Source: Lama glama
Taxonomy: Eukaryota
Direction of reading: 5' to 3'
Assembly: GCA_028534125.1 (NCBI GenBank)
Contig: CM052817.1
Span: 56,174,001 to 56,238,000 of the forward strand
Length of the DNA: 64,000 nt
A program made the position numbers and the translations under genes. This document shows positions 13,701 through 25,494 of the stretch, in pieces (the stretch's first letter is position 1; the number at the start of each line of letters is the position of its first letter). Under the pieces are notes generated by a model, which saw only the letters and a program-made list of their open reading frames with translations, did no database searches and was not told the DNA's origin.

Positions 13701-15097
13701 CTTTGTAACTGTCTACACAAATTGTGAAATACAAGGGAAATAGATTGTGTTAACATTAGCATATGTTATCTGGATAGAAGAGTTTACTTACAGTATTCTT
13801 CAGCAACTTTTGGTAGAAATTCACAGACTTCTCCAAGAATACTAGATTAGGAATCTATTGCTTGCCCTCTCTCTCTCTCCGCTCCCTCTCTCTTTCTCCC
13901 TTTTTACCTGTCAGATTGTTTCATCTCTCCTCTAATGCCTTTTATGTAGATTCTTAAACTCACTTGTGAACAAAGTTAAGCAAGGACATGGATATATATT
14001 CCAAAATGAAATCCTTGATGACAATAATAGTAATACACTCAAAATGCTGAAAGTTTATTGAATTTCACATTAATCATCCTTATGGAAGAAAGTGGGGCTA
14101 GGAAAAAAAGTTATGTCCTAATATGGGATATTTCTAGGAACTTTCAATAGCTAGCTTTGAAAATGTAGGTCTGAACTCTATTTTGAAATTTTTCTCTCTC
14201 TCCCTTCTCTCTCCCTACTCCATTTCAAACATACATACCTTTTGGTTTATGTGCTAAGTAATTGTCCAATAAAATATATATTTCAAGGTACAAGGATTGC
14301 CTCTATATACAATATCAATGTACAAATAACACAGGCTCTAGTAAAAGAAGCAGCACCTAAGAGCGTTCTCTCTTGCCTGTCTTATGAATGTAAAGGAGAG
14401 TTTATTTAAATGCTGTGAATAATAGAGATGCAGAAGGGAAAAAAGGGAACCAAAGCAGGAGCCCTTGCTTAGGAGTAGCTGAGGGCCATTTCTTACCTCT
14501 TCAAGCTTCTGAGAGGAAGCAATTACTTCAGTTAGATACAGACAATTAATCTTGCAATATAGCGCAATTTGAGTCCTAGATCAATTTATTATACCCATCC
14601 TTCTTAAAAGAATATCTTCTTGTTTTCTGACTTATTCTTTAGAGGTATGATATGGAGAGTAACACTTAAAAGAAGCTTTTATACCTTTCAAAGTTAAAGT
14701 TAACTTATGTGCCATATAGTATTTTAAAAAGAAAAAGTTCTGACCCCATCAAATACCCCTGACTTCCTGGAGGAATTATTTCAACACCAAATTTGGCTAT
14801 GCTATTCCAAATAGCACATTACTGTTCTCATACAACAACCTAGAGGTTTCTTGCAGTTTTCTTAAAAAAAATCAATTTCAAAATTAATCAATATGTGTCA
14901 GTGATATAATATGACACTTCAAGAGTTTATATATATTTTATTTTAAAGATTAATCAATTACATTTATAAAATTTACATAATATCTATTCTATTCCAAGAA
15001 AATTAAGTCCTAGGGACAGAAGAGTCAAAAACTTAAATGTGATCTTTGCCCTCAAACTATGATAGTCTATTTAACGGAGTTGTACAAAAGATATGCA

Positions 15098-15798
15098 CAT
15101 TGGTGAGAATGTAAACTGGTGCAGCCGCTATGGAAAACAGTTTGGAAATTCTTTTAAAAATTAAAAATAGAACTACCATATATTCCAGTGATTTTACTAT
15201 GGGGTATATATCCAGAAAAAATGAAAATATTAATTTGAAAAGATACATGCACCCCAGTGTTCATAGCAGCACTATTTACAATAGCCAAGGCATGGAAGCA
15301 GTCAAGTGCCCATCAACGGACAATTGGATTAAGTAAATGTGATATACATACATATATGAATATTATTCAGTGATAAAAAAGAATGAAATACTGTTATTTA
15401 CAGCAATGTACAAGGACCTAGAGAATATTATGCTAGTGAAATAAGTCTGACAGAAAGACAAATACTATATAATATCACTTATATGTGGAAACTAAAAAAT
15501 AATATAAATGAATGCATGTGCAAAATGGAAACAGACTTGGAGATATAGAAAATAATCTTGTGGTTACTAAAGGGGAAATGAAATGGGGAGGGACAAATTA
15601 GGGGTATAGGATTAACAGAGACAATCTACTATATATAAAATAGATAAGCAACAACGATATATTCTATAACACAGGAAATGATATCCATTATCTGTAATAA
15701 CTTAAAATGGAGTATAATCTGCAAAAATACCAAATCACTGCGCTGTACAACTGAAACTAATACAATATTGTAAATCAACTATACTTCAATCAAAAAAA
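15098..15798 (+). mobile_element. 5'-truncated LINE-1 (ORF2 C-terminal remnant + 3' UTR) with target-site duplication
   Basis: ORF 15130-15336 resembles the L1 ORF2 C-terminal region; ends gtaaatcaactatacttcaat plus A-run; flanked by aaaagatatgca (15086-15097) and aaaagacatgca (15795-15806). Confidence 0.9.
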
Positions 15799-16832
15799 GA
15801 CATGCATGAAAAACAAATGAATAGGATTCCATAGAAAGCTGAGTGACACAAATTAATGGAAATATATACTATACTTATGGATTGAAAGAATTAGTATTGT
15901 TAAAATGACCATACTACATAAAGAAATCTACAGATTCAATGCAACTCCTATTAAAATACTGATAGCATTTTTCACAGAACTAAGACAAATAATGCTAAAT
16001 TTTGTATGCAACCATAAAAGTCCCTGCATAGCAAAAGCAATTTTGAGAAAAAACAAAGCTGGAGGTATTAAGCGCCCTGATCACAAACTATACTATAAAA
16101 CTGTAGTAATCAAAGCAATATGGTACTGACACAAAACCAGACACATAGATCAATGGAACAGAATAGAGAACCCAGAAATAAACCTATATTTATATAACCA
16201 ATTAATCTACTACAAAGGAGGTAAGAATATTCAATGAGGAAAAGAGAGTCTCTTCAATGAACAATGTTGGGAAAACTGTACAGCTATATGCAAAAGAATG
16301 AAACTAGACCATTTTCTTACACCATACACAAAAATAAACTAAAAATGGATTAAAGATCTAAATAAAAGACCTAAAACCATTATATTCAAGGAAAAAACAC
16401 AGGCAATATTCTCTTTGACATTGGTTTAACCAATTTTTTTTTTTATCTGTCTTCTCAGGCAAGGGCAACAAAAGCAAAAATAAACAAATGGGACTACATC
16501 AAACTAAAATGCTTTACCACAGTGAAGAAAACTAGCAACAAAGTTAAAAGGCAACCTACTGAATAAGAAAAGATATTTGGAAATAATGTGTTCAATAAGG
16601 GGTTAATAACCAAATTTACAAAGAACTCATAAAACTCAAAAACAAATAATCTGATTAAAAATGGGTGGAGGACCTGAATAGATACTTTTCCAAAGAAGAC
16701 ATACAAGTGGCCAACAGGCACATGAAAAGATGCTTAATGTCACTAATCATCAAGGAAATGCAAATCAAAACTACAATGAGCTATCACCTCATTCCAATCA
16801 GAATGGCAAAAAAAAGGCAAGAATGTAGAACT

Positions 16833-16950
16833 GAGGTGGCTATAGCTCAGTGATGGAGTGCATGCTTAGCATATGCTAGGTCCTGGGTTCAATTCCCAGT
16901 ACTTCCACTGAAATAAACAAAAAGAAAATGTAAGAAAAGAAAAAAAATTG
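16833..16950 (+). mobile_element. tRNA-Ala-derived SINE (camelid vic-1-like)
   Basis: A box tagctcagtgatgg, gcatgcttagcat anticodon arm, B box ggttcaattcc, A-rich tail. Confidence 0.85.
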
Positions 16951-16986
16951 CAAAATAAAATTTTAAAAATATTCAGTAGAAAAAAA

Positions 16987-17080
16987 GGGGGAGGGAAGGT
17001 AACAGCTCAGTGGTAGAACACAAGCTTAGCATTCATGAAGCCCTGGGTTCAATTCGCAGTACCTTCATTTAAAAAAAAAA
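16987..17080 (+). mobile_element. Second tRNA-Ala-derived SINE (camelid vic-1-like)
   Basis: gggggagggaaggtaacagctcagtggtaga...gcttagcat...ctgggttcaattcgcagtacc followed by poly-A. Confidence 0.85.
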
Positions 17081-17365
17081 GGATTCGGAGGAAAAAAAAA
17101 AAACCCTAGTTCACTTCTGGTGGGAATATAAACTGATACAGCCATTGTGGAAAAAAAATATGTAGGTTCCTCAAAAAAATTAAAAAAAAAACTGCCATAC
17201 AATTCAGAAATTCCACTTCTAAGTATTTTTTTGAAGAAAACAAAAATTCTAAGTTGTAAAGATATATGTACCCCATATTCATTCCAGTATTATTTACAAT
17301 AGCCAAGATATGGAAGCAATCTAAGTGTCCATTCATAGACAGAATGGGTAAAAAAGATGTGTGTT

Positions 17366-17447
17366 CTATATACACATATGTGTGTGTGTATGTGTGTGTG
17401 TATGTGTATGTGTACATATATATATGTATATATGTGTATATATATAA
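17366..17447. repeat. Mixed (TG)n/(TA)n microsatellite inside the L1
   Basis: Seen directly. Confidence 0.9.
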
Positions 17448-19595
17448 ATCACTCAGCCATATAAAAGAATGAGGTATTGGCATTTGTGACAACATGGATA
17501 GATCAAGAGGGTACTATGCTAAATGAAATAAGTTAGATAGAGAAATACAAATACCATATGATCTTACTTATATGTGAATCTAAAAAATAAAACAAATGAG
17601 CAAACATAATAAAACAGAAATGGACTTATAGATACAGAGAACAAACTAATGATTGTCAGAGAAAGGGGACGGGGGGATGGGCAAAACAAGTAAAGGGAAT
17701 TAAGAGGTACATCTCCAGTTATAAAATAAGTAAATCACAGCATAGGGAATATAGTCAATAATACTGTAATAATTCTGTATGGTGGTATTTGAAGCTAGAC
17801 GTGTGGTGATCATTTTGTAATTTATTAAAACATCTAATCACTATGTAGTGCACATGATACTAATATAATACTGTAAATTAGTTATACTTCAATTTAAAAA
17901 ATCTGAGCTTTCCTAGGAACAGAAACTCGTATTACAATAAATTTCAAGTATTAAGTAAAAATTAGAATACATCAAGCATACATGGTAACTACACATGAAG
18001 ATTGCAATATCCAATGCAAGAATTCAATCTCATATCCATGAGGATCTACAAATACACATATTCAACAATTTAAACTTTTTTAGAAAATTGCATATGTTTG
18101 AAATATTCAATTTATGGTTGTAGAATTGTTTAGTATCTTTTTAAACCTCACACTGTATGTTAAGACTTACGAGAGTTACTGTAGTAAGTATATCAGACTT
18201 ATAAAAATTTTTCCCTTCAAGGTGCTTAGTCATATTGGGAGTCTCTTAGTGGAAACACTCAAAAATTTTAGACGAGTTTTGTGACGAAGTAATTTTAAAG
18301 AGATGAACTCATTATATGTCAGATAGTTTCTATTCCTAATGAAATAGTTGATCATTGAATTTAACACCTGTTCTCCCCTACCTCACCTTAAAGTAGCCAG
18401 TATTAAACATCTTATTTCTTTCTGTAGTCAGGGATGGGTGGTATGGGTAAATATAACAATAGTGTCAATGATAAAACAACACTGAATACTCAATAATATT
18501 GTGTTATTATTATTCTATTGTTATGTGCCAGTTTTGCTAGAAAATGAGTTGACAATTGGGGAAGTCACTATTTTGCAAATATTTCCTGAGATATTAGTTC
18601 ACTGTATTTCAGCATGTAGGTAGCACAAATTAAACTTATGTTCACAATTTTGAAACTAGAAAGGCAACATTTCATATTTAAGCATGGCTTTTCTTTACTT
18701 TGGTTTTCATTTCTTAATGTATAAATGCTTTATCTTTAAAAATAACATGTTGATTTATCTTTTGCATCAATATTCTGGAATTATATTGTTTTTTAAAAAA
18801 AGTTTGTTAGCACTACAAATTTTATATTTTTTAGTAAGCTTTACTGCATATTGTCTTTTATACTCAGTGTTTTCTTGACTCAGCAACAAAGTAAGAATTT
18901 TTTTCAAGTGAATGCAAAATGAATAAAAGGGAACTATAAGTTTATATAGAAATTACTTCTGCAAATGTCATATTGCTAGGGACTGTAAGTGTCATGTTCA
19001 AAATATATATCTAAGGTCTATCACAGTGCATAACTCATTGCAGCTGAGCAACAGATGCAAGTTGAATATTCCAGTGTGTGCTCTGCTTGAATTTCAATGG
19101 TCAGGAAAGTTGCTGCCATCAAATTGAATGCAATATAAATGATACATTTTTTTCCCTAGTCCAAAGAATACTTTTTAAATGTGTAACAGTCTCTTTCACT
19201 TCTGCATTAATATGTTGAATATCTTCAGAATTCTAAACACTGAAGTCAACTGACAAATTTTACTTCACTTGCTTTCTTCTCCATAAACCAGTCAAATAAT
19301 ATTAGTCTGTATTTGTAGAATGGAGTAATGATGATAGTATCAATACGAAGAGAGAGAGTATTTTAATCTTTAGAAGAATTTATATCTTGATTTGCAATTA
19401 AAAACATTCAGCTACTTTTATGTAATACACTCATACAATAGAAAATACCAGAAATATTTAAAAGTTCAACTAATAGTTATTTAAATATAAATTGAGACAA
19501 AATTTTTAAAATATGACTAATTTAAAATCTATCACATGTTCTAACATATGTATATTTTTATTAATAACATTTTTTAGATTGTATTGTCTAGTTTT

Positions 19596-20051
19596 TGTCA
19601 CCTACAAAGCCCATTAATAATTCTCTGGGAAATAAAACTAGAACTTGGTAGTAAAGTCTCAACTGTTTTTCTTTTTCCCTGTGCTCAGCCTAGTTTCACT
19701 TGCTCATAGGGTGCCAAGTGCAAAGGCCTTGCACCAGACACCTCAGTTTTGCCCACCTTGTGCAGAAGCTGTGTATGGGACACCTCAGTTCCAGATGGCG
19801 GCCAGCAGGCCATAAACAGCACAGGTGCACCTGACCCACGGGGACTCCGTCGCATCCCCTCCCCAGTGACGAGAAACCTACAGAGCAGCCCCACCTTTCA
19901 GTGAGAGCGTGGACTCTAGAGTGTGAGCTCGCACCTCTCTGTTCTCTGATCAAAAACACAACCTATCAAATTTAGTCTCCATCTATTGGCTCAGACAACA
20001 TCAGGCAGAAGGATCTCCTTGTTGGAGATTAATGTAGGAGGGTTGGTAACA
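19596..20051 (+). repeat. ERV 5' LTR
   Basis: TG...CA termini (tgtcacc...ggtaaca); shares ctagtttcacttgctcatagg, agatggcggc and gcgtggac..gagctc with the 3' LTR. Confidence 0.9.
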
Positions 20052-20057
20052 AAATTT

Positions 20058-20075
20058 TAGCAGCCCAGGTGAGAC
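20058..20075 (+). promoter_or_regulatory. Degenerate primer-binding site, closest to tRNA-Arg(CCU) type
   Basis: TAGCAGCCCAGGTGAGAC lies 6 nt after the LTR and matches TGG(C/T)ACCCCAGGTGGGAC at 14-15 of 18 positions (tRNA 3' end recalled from memory). Confidence 0.55.
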
Positions 20076-20719
20076 GGACTGTAGCATTTTTGCCTACAGC
20101 TATCTACCAGGCTCTGGGGTCGCCCTGGCTCCCGTGGGAGGGTGGTGGAGGCTTTGGGAGGTTTGCAAGAGGAATACTGACTCTGGCCTTTAAGGTCACT
20201 CTAATGGAGTAGAATGGCAGCCGCCTTTGGCTGCATTCAGAGCCACTCTGCCCAGCAACCCAATATCCAGAGGTAGTGCACATATGGCATAGTTCCCAGA
20301 ATCATCTGGGCTGTGCCCCATTGAGGGGATCACACTGCGGCATCATTGGGGATCAGGGACTCAAATGCACACGTGTCTGCCTGCTGCCTCTGGCTGGCCT
20401 TCCTGTGGTACCAAATGCCCAGGGACAACTGGGAGCTCTGGGCAAGGAATCCGGCAGCCTCGCCCTGTCTCCCCACAGTGCTCTGCAAGGCAGTAGCAGC
20501 AATACCAGGACTTTGGGCCCTCCTCACAGACCGCTAGGGTCAGCAGTAGCCTTCTCCATAGTAATTTTCTGTTTGGTAAAGGAAAATGGCCAGCCCTGTG
20601 AGCCAAGAGGCTAGATCAAATAAAGGCCCAAATTATAAGAAATACCTGACAGAAAAGAAAGAGGGTGCAGAAAAAACAGGTGAAACATGGTTTAAACATA
20701 TTTAAACTCTTGGAAACAG

Positions 20720-22110
20720 TACAGCTTCGAAAAAAGGTGGCAGTGATTCACGGTGGAGGTTATCAAAAGAGGGGTGCAGAGGTAATAAAAGGAAACAAGT
20801 TGGATGCAACTGCTAAAGGGCAGCCCTAGAACCAGAAACTCAACAACCACCCTGATACCTCAAAGGACAGATCCATCCCATTTTTCTTCCCAGTTTACAC
20901 AAAGGAAGAGTTAGACAAAGCCTGAAAATGGGACTTCAGTAGAGATCTAGGAGGCTATGGGTGGCTAGTCAATGAACATAGGCAACACCTTCCCCAAACT
21001 ACAGCTTGTCAAGCCATCAGGGAGGCTCATCAAGCAACTCACCACAAGAAAGAAGCCCTATATAACTGGTTAGTTGAGACCATGGTAACTTCTGGCATAA
21101 AAAGTAAAATCAGCTGGGTAGTTGAGACCTACTTCATCTGCACAATGAACAACCCCAACACCAAATCCCCAGAGGGCCCCAGATAAGGCTCATTCAGACC
21201 AGAGAATAAAAGGGACTTATGAATATGGGGGGGGGGGCTCTGTAGCAGATTTGTAGATTGATTTCAGTGTCATGCTGAGAGTATTGGGCAATTTCAGGTA
21301 CCTCTTGGTGCCAGCAGACACATTTCCTGAATGAATAGAACCATTCTCTGCTACAACTGAAATAGCACTTAAGGGGCTAAGGTGTTTCTAAAAGAACTAA
21401 TGCCCAGATTTGGGCTCCCAGGATCCCTGCCAAGAGATAATGATCCAGCATGTGTGTTTCAAGTGATGAAGGGGGATAATGAGTGTCCTGGACATAAACT
21501 GGACCTTGTGCTCAGCCTGAAGACCTCAATCACTGGGGAAAGCAGAGAGATCCAATCAGATCTTGAAATGGGCCTTAGCCAAGCTATGTCAGAAAACTCA
21601 AGAAAATTGGGAAAAGTTGCTTCCAATTGCTCTGCTCCATATGCAGTTAGCTCCAAGGGATGATTTAAAGTTAAATGCATTTGAACTCATGTATGGTAGA
21701 CACATATCCCAAACCCCGAGAGAAGGGACACTTCAACTTCCTCGAAATGGAAAAACTCAGTGCGCCCCCCAGGTAAGAGGACCCATGAAAGCCCTCCTGG
21801 CAAGTGGTAACCAGGTGTTGCCTGCACCCACTCACCTGGCCCTCCACCCCCTCCAGCCAGGAGACTGGGTGAACTTAAAAACCTGGAAAACTGTCAGCCC
21901 CCAAGATCACCTTACACCTAGGTGAAACAGACCCCTCTTGGTGATCCTAAACTCCCACTCTGTCATGAAGCTGCCAGAGATCACTCTGTGGACGCATCAC
22001 ACTCCAGTGAGGAGGGCACCTGAGCCCCAACCCCGGGAAAGACAACCTGAGGCAACCATTGACTACTCCTGTGAATCTCTCTCTGACTTGAACCTTCTCT
22101 TCCGAAAAGC
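20720..22110 (+). pseudogene. pol: Decayed ERV pol: RNase H C-terminus and integrase
   Basis: KVAVIH..YQK..KGNKL (RNase H), HQATH..C (zinc-finger remnant), IDF, PRFGLPGSL..DND, LLPIALL...FELMYGR, LQPGDWV.LK.W and YSCESLSDLNLLFRK; several stops and frameshifts. Confidence 0.92.
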
Positions 22111-22475
22111 AATAGGAGTGTCACGGGGTACTCAGGCCACGGCAGTGAGCCTCAACATCAGGGCACACTTTTGTTTACAGACAAAAGACCCGGATACCTT
22201 CATTTTTAGTTAAAATTTGACATATGATCATTATTCTCTTGCTAAGATATGAATCATGTATGTGGAATTGTTTGGTGTCCTTTGTCACCAAAGGTTAGAC
22301 AAATGGTGGTCACTCAGCGATACAGTTAGGGCGGAGGCCTGGTGACAACCGAACACATCTAAAGGCTGCTGAGGAGGAGCTCTGCTCCTTTAATGGGGCT
22401 ATGACGACTCCCCAGTGCAGTTACAGAGGACTGACCTGCACCCCTCAGTGCCCCTTCAAGAATGAGGAGCAGGAC

Positions 22476-22499
22476 AAAAGGCAGAAGGCAGAGGAGGGA
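22476..22499 (+). promoter_or_regulatory. Polypurine tract
   Basis: aaaaggcagaaggcagaggaggga immediately before the 3' LTR. Confidence 0.8.
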
Positions 22500-22501
22500 T
22501 T

Positions 22502-23032
22502 TATCACATACACAGCACATTAACAATTCCCAGGAAATAAAAATAGCGTCTGGATAATAAAATAAACTCTAACCTTTTTCTTCCTTTTCCTTTGTGCTTG
22601 GTCTAGTTTCACTTGCTCATAGGACGCATGCAGAGGCCTCCCACCAGGCTCTTCAGACCAGAGTTCCCAGCCTGAGCCAGCGGCAGCCGCCACCTCAGTG
22701 CAGGGGGGCTGCGCGCACCTGCGCGCGACGCCTCAATCCAAGATGGCGGCGGGGGCAGTGGGCATGTGCGGAGACGCCGCTCCCGCGCTGCCGTCTGGAG
22801 CCAATAACGCAGCCGCTCGCTCGCTCCCCGTTGAGGAGACCGGTAGAAAGCAGCCCGGCCCGCAGCCTGTCGGGAGCGCGTGGACGCTAAAGCGGGAGCT
22901 CACGCCTCTCCATTCTTTGTTCCAAGAATAAAACCTCCCTTTGCTTCTGAACCGAACTCAGTCTAGTTCTATTGTCTTGAAGGACACTGCGCGGGAGGAT
23001 CCTCATTGGGGCCAGACTCAAAACGGTCAGTA
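22502..23032 (+). repeat. ERV 3' LTR, CpG-rich
   Basis: Aligns by eye with 19596-20051 (tatcacata vs tgtcaccta; ggtcagtaaa vs ggttggtaaca); AATAAA at ~22927-22932. Confidence 0.88.
22670..22910. promoter_or_regulatory. CpG-island-like segment with YY1 motif and CCAAT box (candidate promoter)
   Basis: About 30 CpGs in 240 bp; CAAGATGGCGGC at 22739-22750; AGCCAATAA at 22799-22807; TGCGCGC repeats. Confidence 0.6.
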
Positions 23033-23444
23033 AATTATTACCTTACTTCTCTCGTGTAGACAGCATAATAATCATCAGTGAGTTATAATCACCGAATTGT
23101 GAATTATTAATCTGCATTTTAAAAATAACATAATTACATAAATTCTAGTAATGTTCCAGTGGTTGATTTATTTAATTCAATACCTAAAACTAACAGTGTT
23201 TCCTCATTATCATTATAAATGTCCTAATTGCTTTTCTTCCGCCTGGAGTTTTGGTGCACATGATTATCAAGATTGTATCCATGGTGAATTTTTATGCATT
23301 TTCAAGTCTAGATTTCTTGATAAGTGAGCTGTTTACAATTCCTTATCTTTTTCATAATTTTTTTATCAAAGCTATAATTTACTATTTCTATCACATATTC
23401 TGAGTTATGATGATAGTTATGATGCACTGTAGTATATGGGTGAA

Positions 23445-23640
23445 GAATCTGTTCTCTAAAGCGGGATGAATCTGTGGTTCCAAACCAGCTTTCTGAATTC
23501 TTAATTACTACCACTGTTTCTGTGCCTGTGAATCCCCATATGTGAAATAGGGAAAGGCTTACGGGATTGTTGTGAGGGTTAGATGTACGTGCAGTGCCTA
23601 GCTTGTGACCTGGCTTATAATTAATATTCTAAAAATATTT
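23445..23640 (+). mobile_element. MIR SINE
   Basis: ctgtgcctgtgaatccccatatgtgaaatagg...gattgttgtgagggttagatg...gcagtgccta. Confidence 0.65.
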
Positions 23641-25494
23641 CTTTATGAAGAGTAACAGCATGGACAACTTAGATTGGCATTCAGTTGGTTCATACTAAGA
23701 TGCTAGATATATTTACAAAACAGATGTTTGGAAAATGACAGAAGGAAACACAAATTCTGCTTTTAAAAACAATTTCATCAGAACAACAAAAAATGTTTTA
23801 AGAAAAGAATTCATGCTATTATATATATTTTTAGTCTTGTTTTTTCCACCAAAATTATTTCTCTGACTCCTGTTTAGTAGATAACTGGATGATGGGCGTG
23901 AAATCTACCAAGTATTACACATAACTTCAAGGACATGACTCTACTTTTTTGCCATTTTCTAATATTGCCTAATATTACAAAAAATGAAAGAATATTATAA
24001 AAATTTTTAAATGACATAATTATAGATTTTTCTCTAAAATTTTGAATAAAACTTGAAAAAGTAATTAAATACTAATTATAATTGTATATATGTGATATCA
24101 TGTGTAGATATAAATATAATTTCTCTAAAATTATAAGGAACTTAAAAAATTTTAAACTTAAGAAGAGTCCTTCACCTTTGAATTAGACATTATAGGTCTA
24201 ACTACATCCCTTCTTTCTCCGGCCCCTCCTGCTTCAGCACTAGACTCTGAATACATCTGCTGATGCTATTTTGTCATCATTCTCTTCCCCTCAGTCTCTT
24301 CTGGATGATTCTAGGTACAAAGAATCTGAAAACCCCTTTTAGGCTGAATTTGAGGATTAAAGATACCACTCTGAAAAATATTGGTGGCATTTTTAAATTG
24401 TTTCATTTATGATTATTTCTATTAGCCCTGAAATTTTTACATATAGTATATATTGACGTAAACAACCATGAATTGCTGTTGTTACAACTTAATATTTAAT
24501 GTCTCTCTGTCTTGTGGTCTACCTAAGTTCCGGGTGATTCCCATATTGGGCTAGCTCATAATTCAATTATTTTAATTTCAGTGAGTGGGGAATTTTAGGA
24601 AATCAAGAGACAGAAGTCAAAGGGTTCTCCATGCCATTTTTTTCCATATTTAAACTAATTTCCAACAACATTAACAATCATCTGTGTTGCTTTTAACCCT
24701 CTGACTTCAAATGGAAAACATCCTTTGTGTTAATATTGGTGGCAAATAATGAAGATAAAGGAGTTTGAAATAGCTGCAGCCTATAGATAGGCCATACTCC
24801 ACAAGAATTATAGGTAATGTTACCATCCTATATGCAGAATTTCCTGAAGCTAAGGGAGAAGGTGATGATTTCCTGATAATAAATTCTTCCCAGCCCCAGG
24901 GAGGAATCCTATTAGTACTAGCAATGGGCAATGCCCCACGTGTAGCAAAAATACCAACCATTTCGTAAACAGGTTATGTATATTTAGTAGTATAAAGCCA
25001 CAGTATTCTGAACAAAAGAACAAAAGGAGGAATGTTGAAATATGTACATTCAAAATTCCTCAGTGCAAAAATAAAGACATGGAGCAGCTTACAGAACAAG
25101 GGAAAAGTGATACCTGTGATGCCTTGCTTAGAAATAATAATTACAATTTCATTAATCATTGTGTTTCCATGAGAAAAAAACTTGCATACACTACTCAGAA
25201 CTTTCAACTCTCTATGGAGGGAGAGTTTCCTAAAAACCCCCTTTTACACAGACGTTGTGAAAATTGTAGATTCCCCTAGATGCAACAAAATTAGATCTGT
25301 GCTCCTAACTTTTGTCTGTCAGCCACCACAATGGGTAAGAAAGGTAGAAGATTCTTCTACTCTCCCCATTGTGGTGACCTACCTAATGGCAGCCACCCGT
25401 GCCTTTATAACATCTCTCATGCCGTAGCTTCCTCTCCCTCCCTCTCTTCTCTCCTTGTGTCATGTGTCACTTTACTATGCATAAATTTTACCCT

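Larger units (their letters stand above)
15855..17902 (+). mobile_element. LINE-1 ORF2 distal part + 3' UTR, inactivated, interrupted by two SINEs
   Basis: Peptides [11 protein letters not shown]...[25 protein letters not shown] and [21 protein letters not shown] match L1 ORF2p; stops and frameshifts present. Confidence 0.95.
19596..23032 (+). mobile_element. Internally deleted class I (gamma-like/ERV1) endogenous retrovirus
   Basis: Two homologous direct LTRs, degenerate PBS, RNase H/integrase remnants and a polypurine tract, in retroviral order. Confidence 0.92.

Noticed and set aside
16833..17070. Possible tRNA-Ala genes
   Set aside because: Stems are mismatched, both copies have A-rich tails and they sit inside an L1, so they are SINE copies.
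21382..22213. Domesticated integrase gene
   Set aside because: Split over several frames with stops and degenerate catalytic and zinc-finger motifs, consistent with neutral decay.
22110..22480. Captured env/syncytin-like gene
   Set aside because: Only ~370 bp lie between integrase and PPT, with no long ORF, furin site or immunosuppressive domain.
22594..22931. Two overlapping ORFs (98 aa and 77 aa), including an ATG in AAGATGGCG context
   Set aside because: They lie within the GC-rich LTR, where stops are rare, and show no recognisable protein features; the ATG is part of the YY1 motif.
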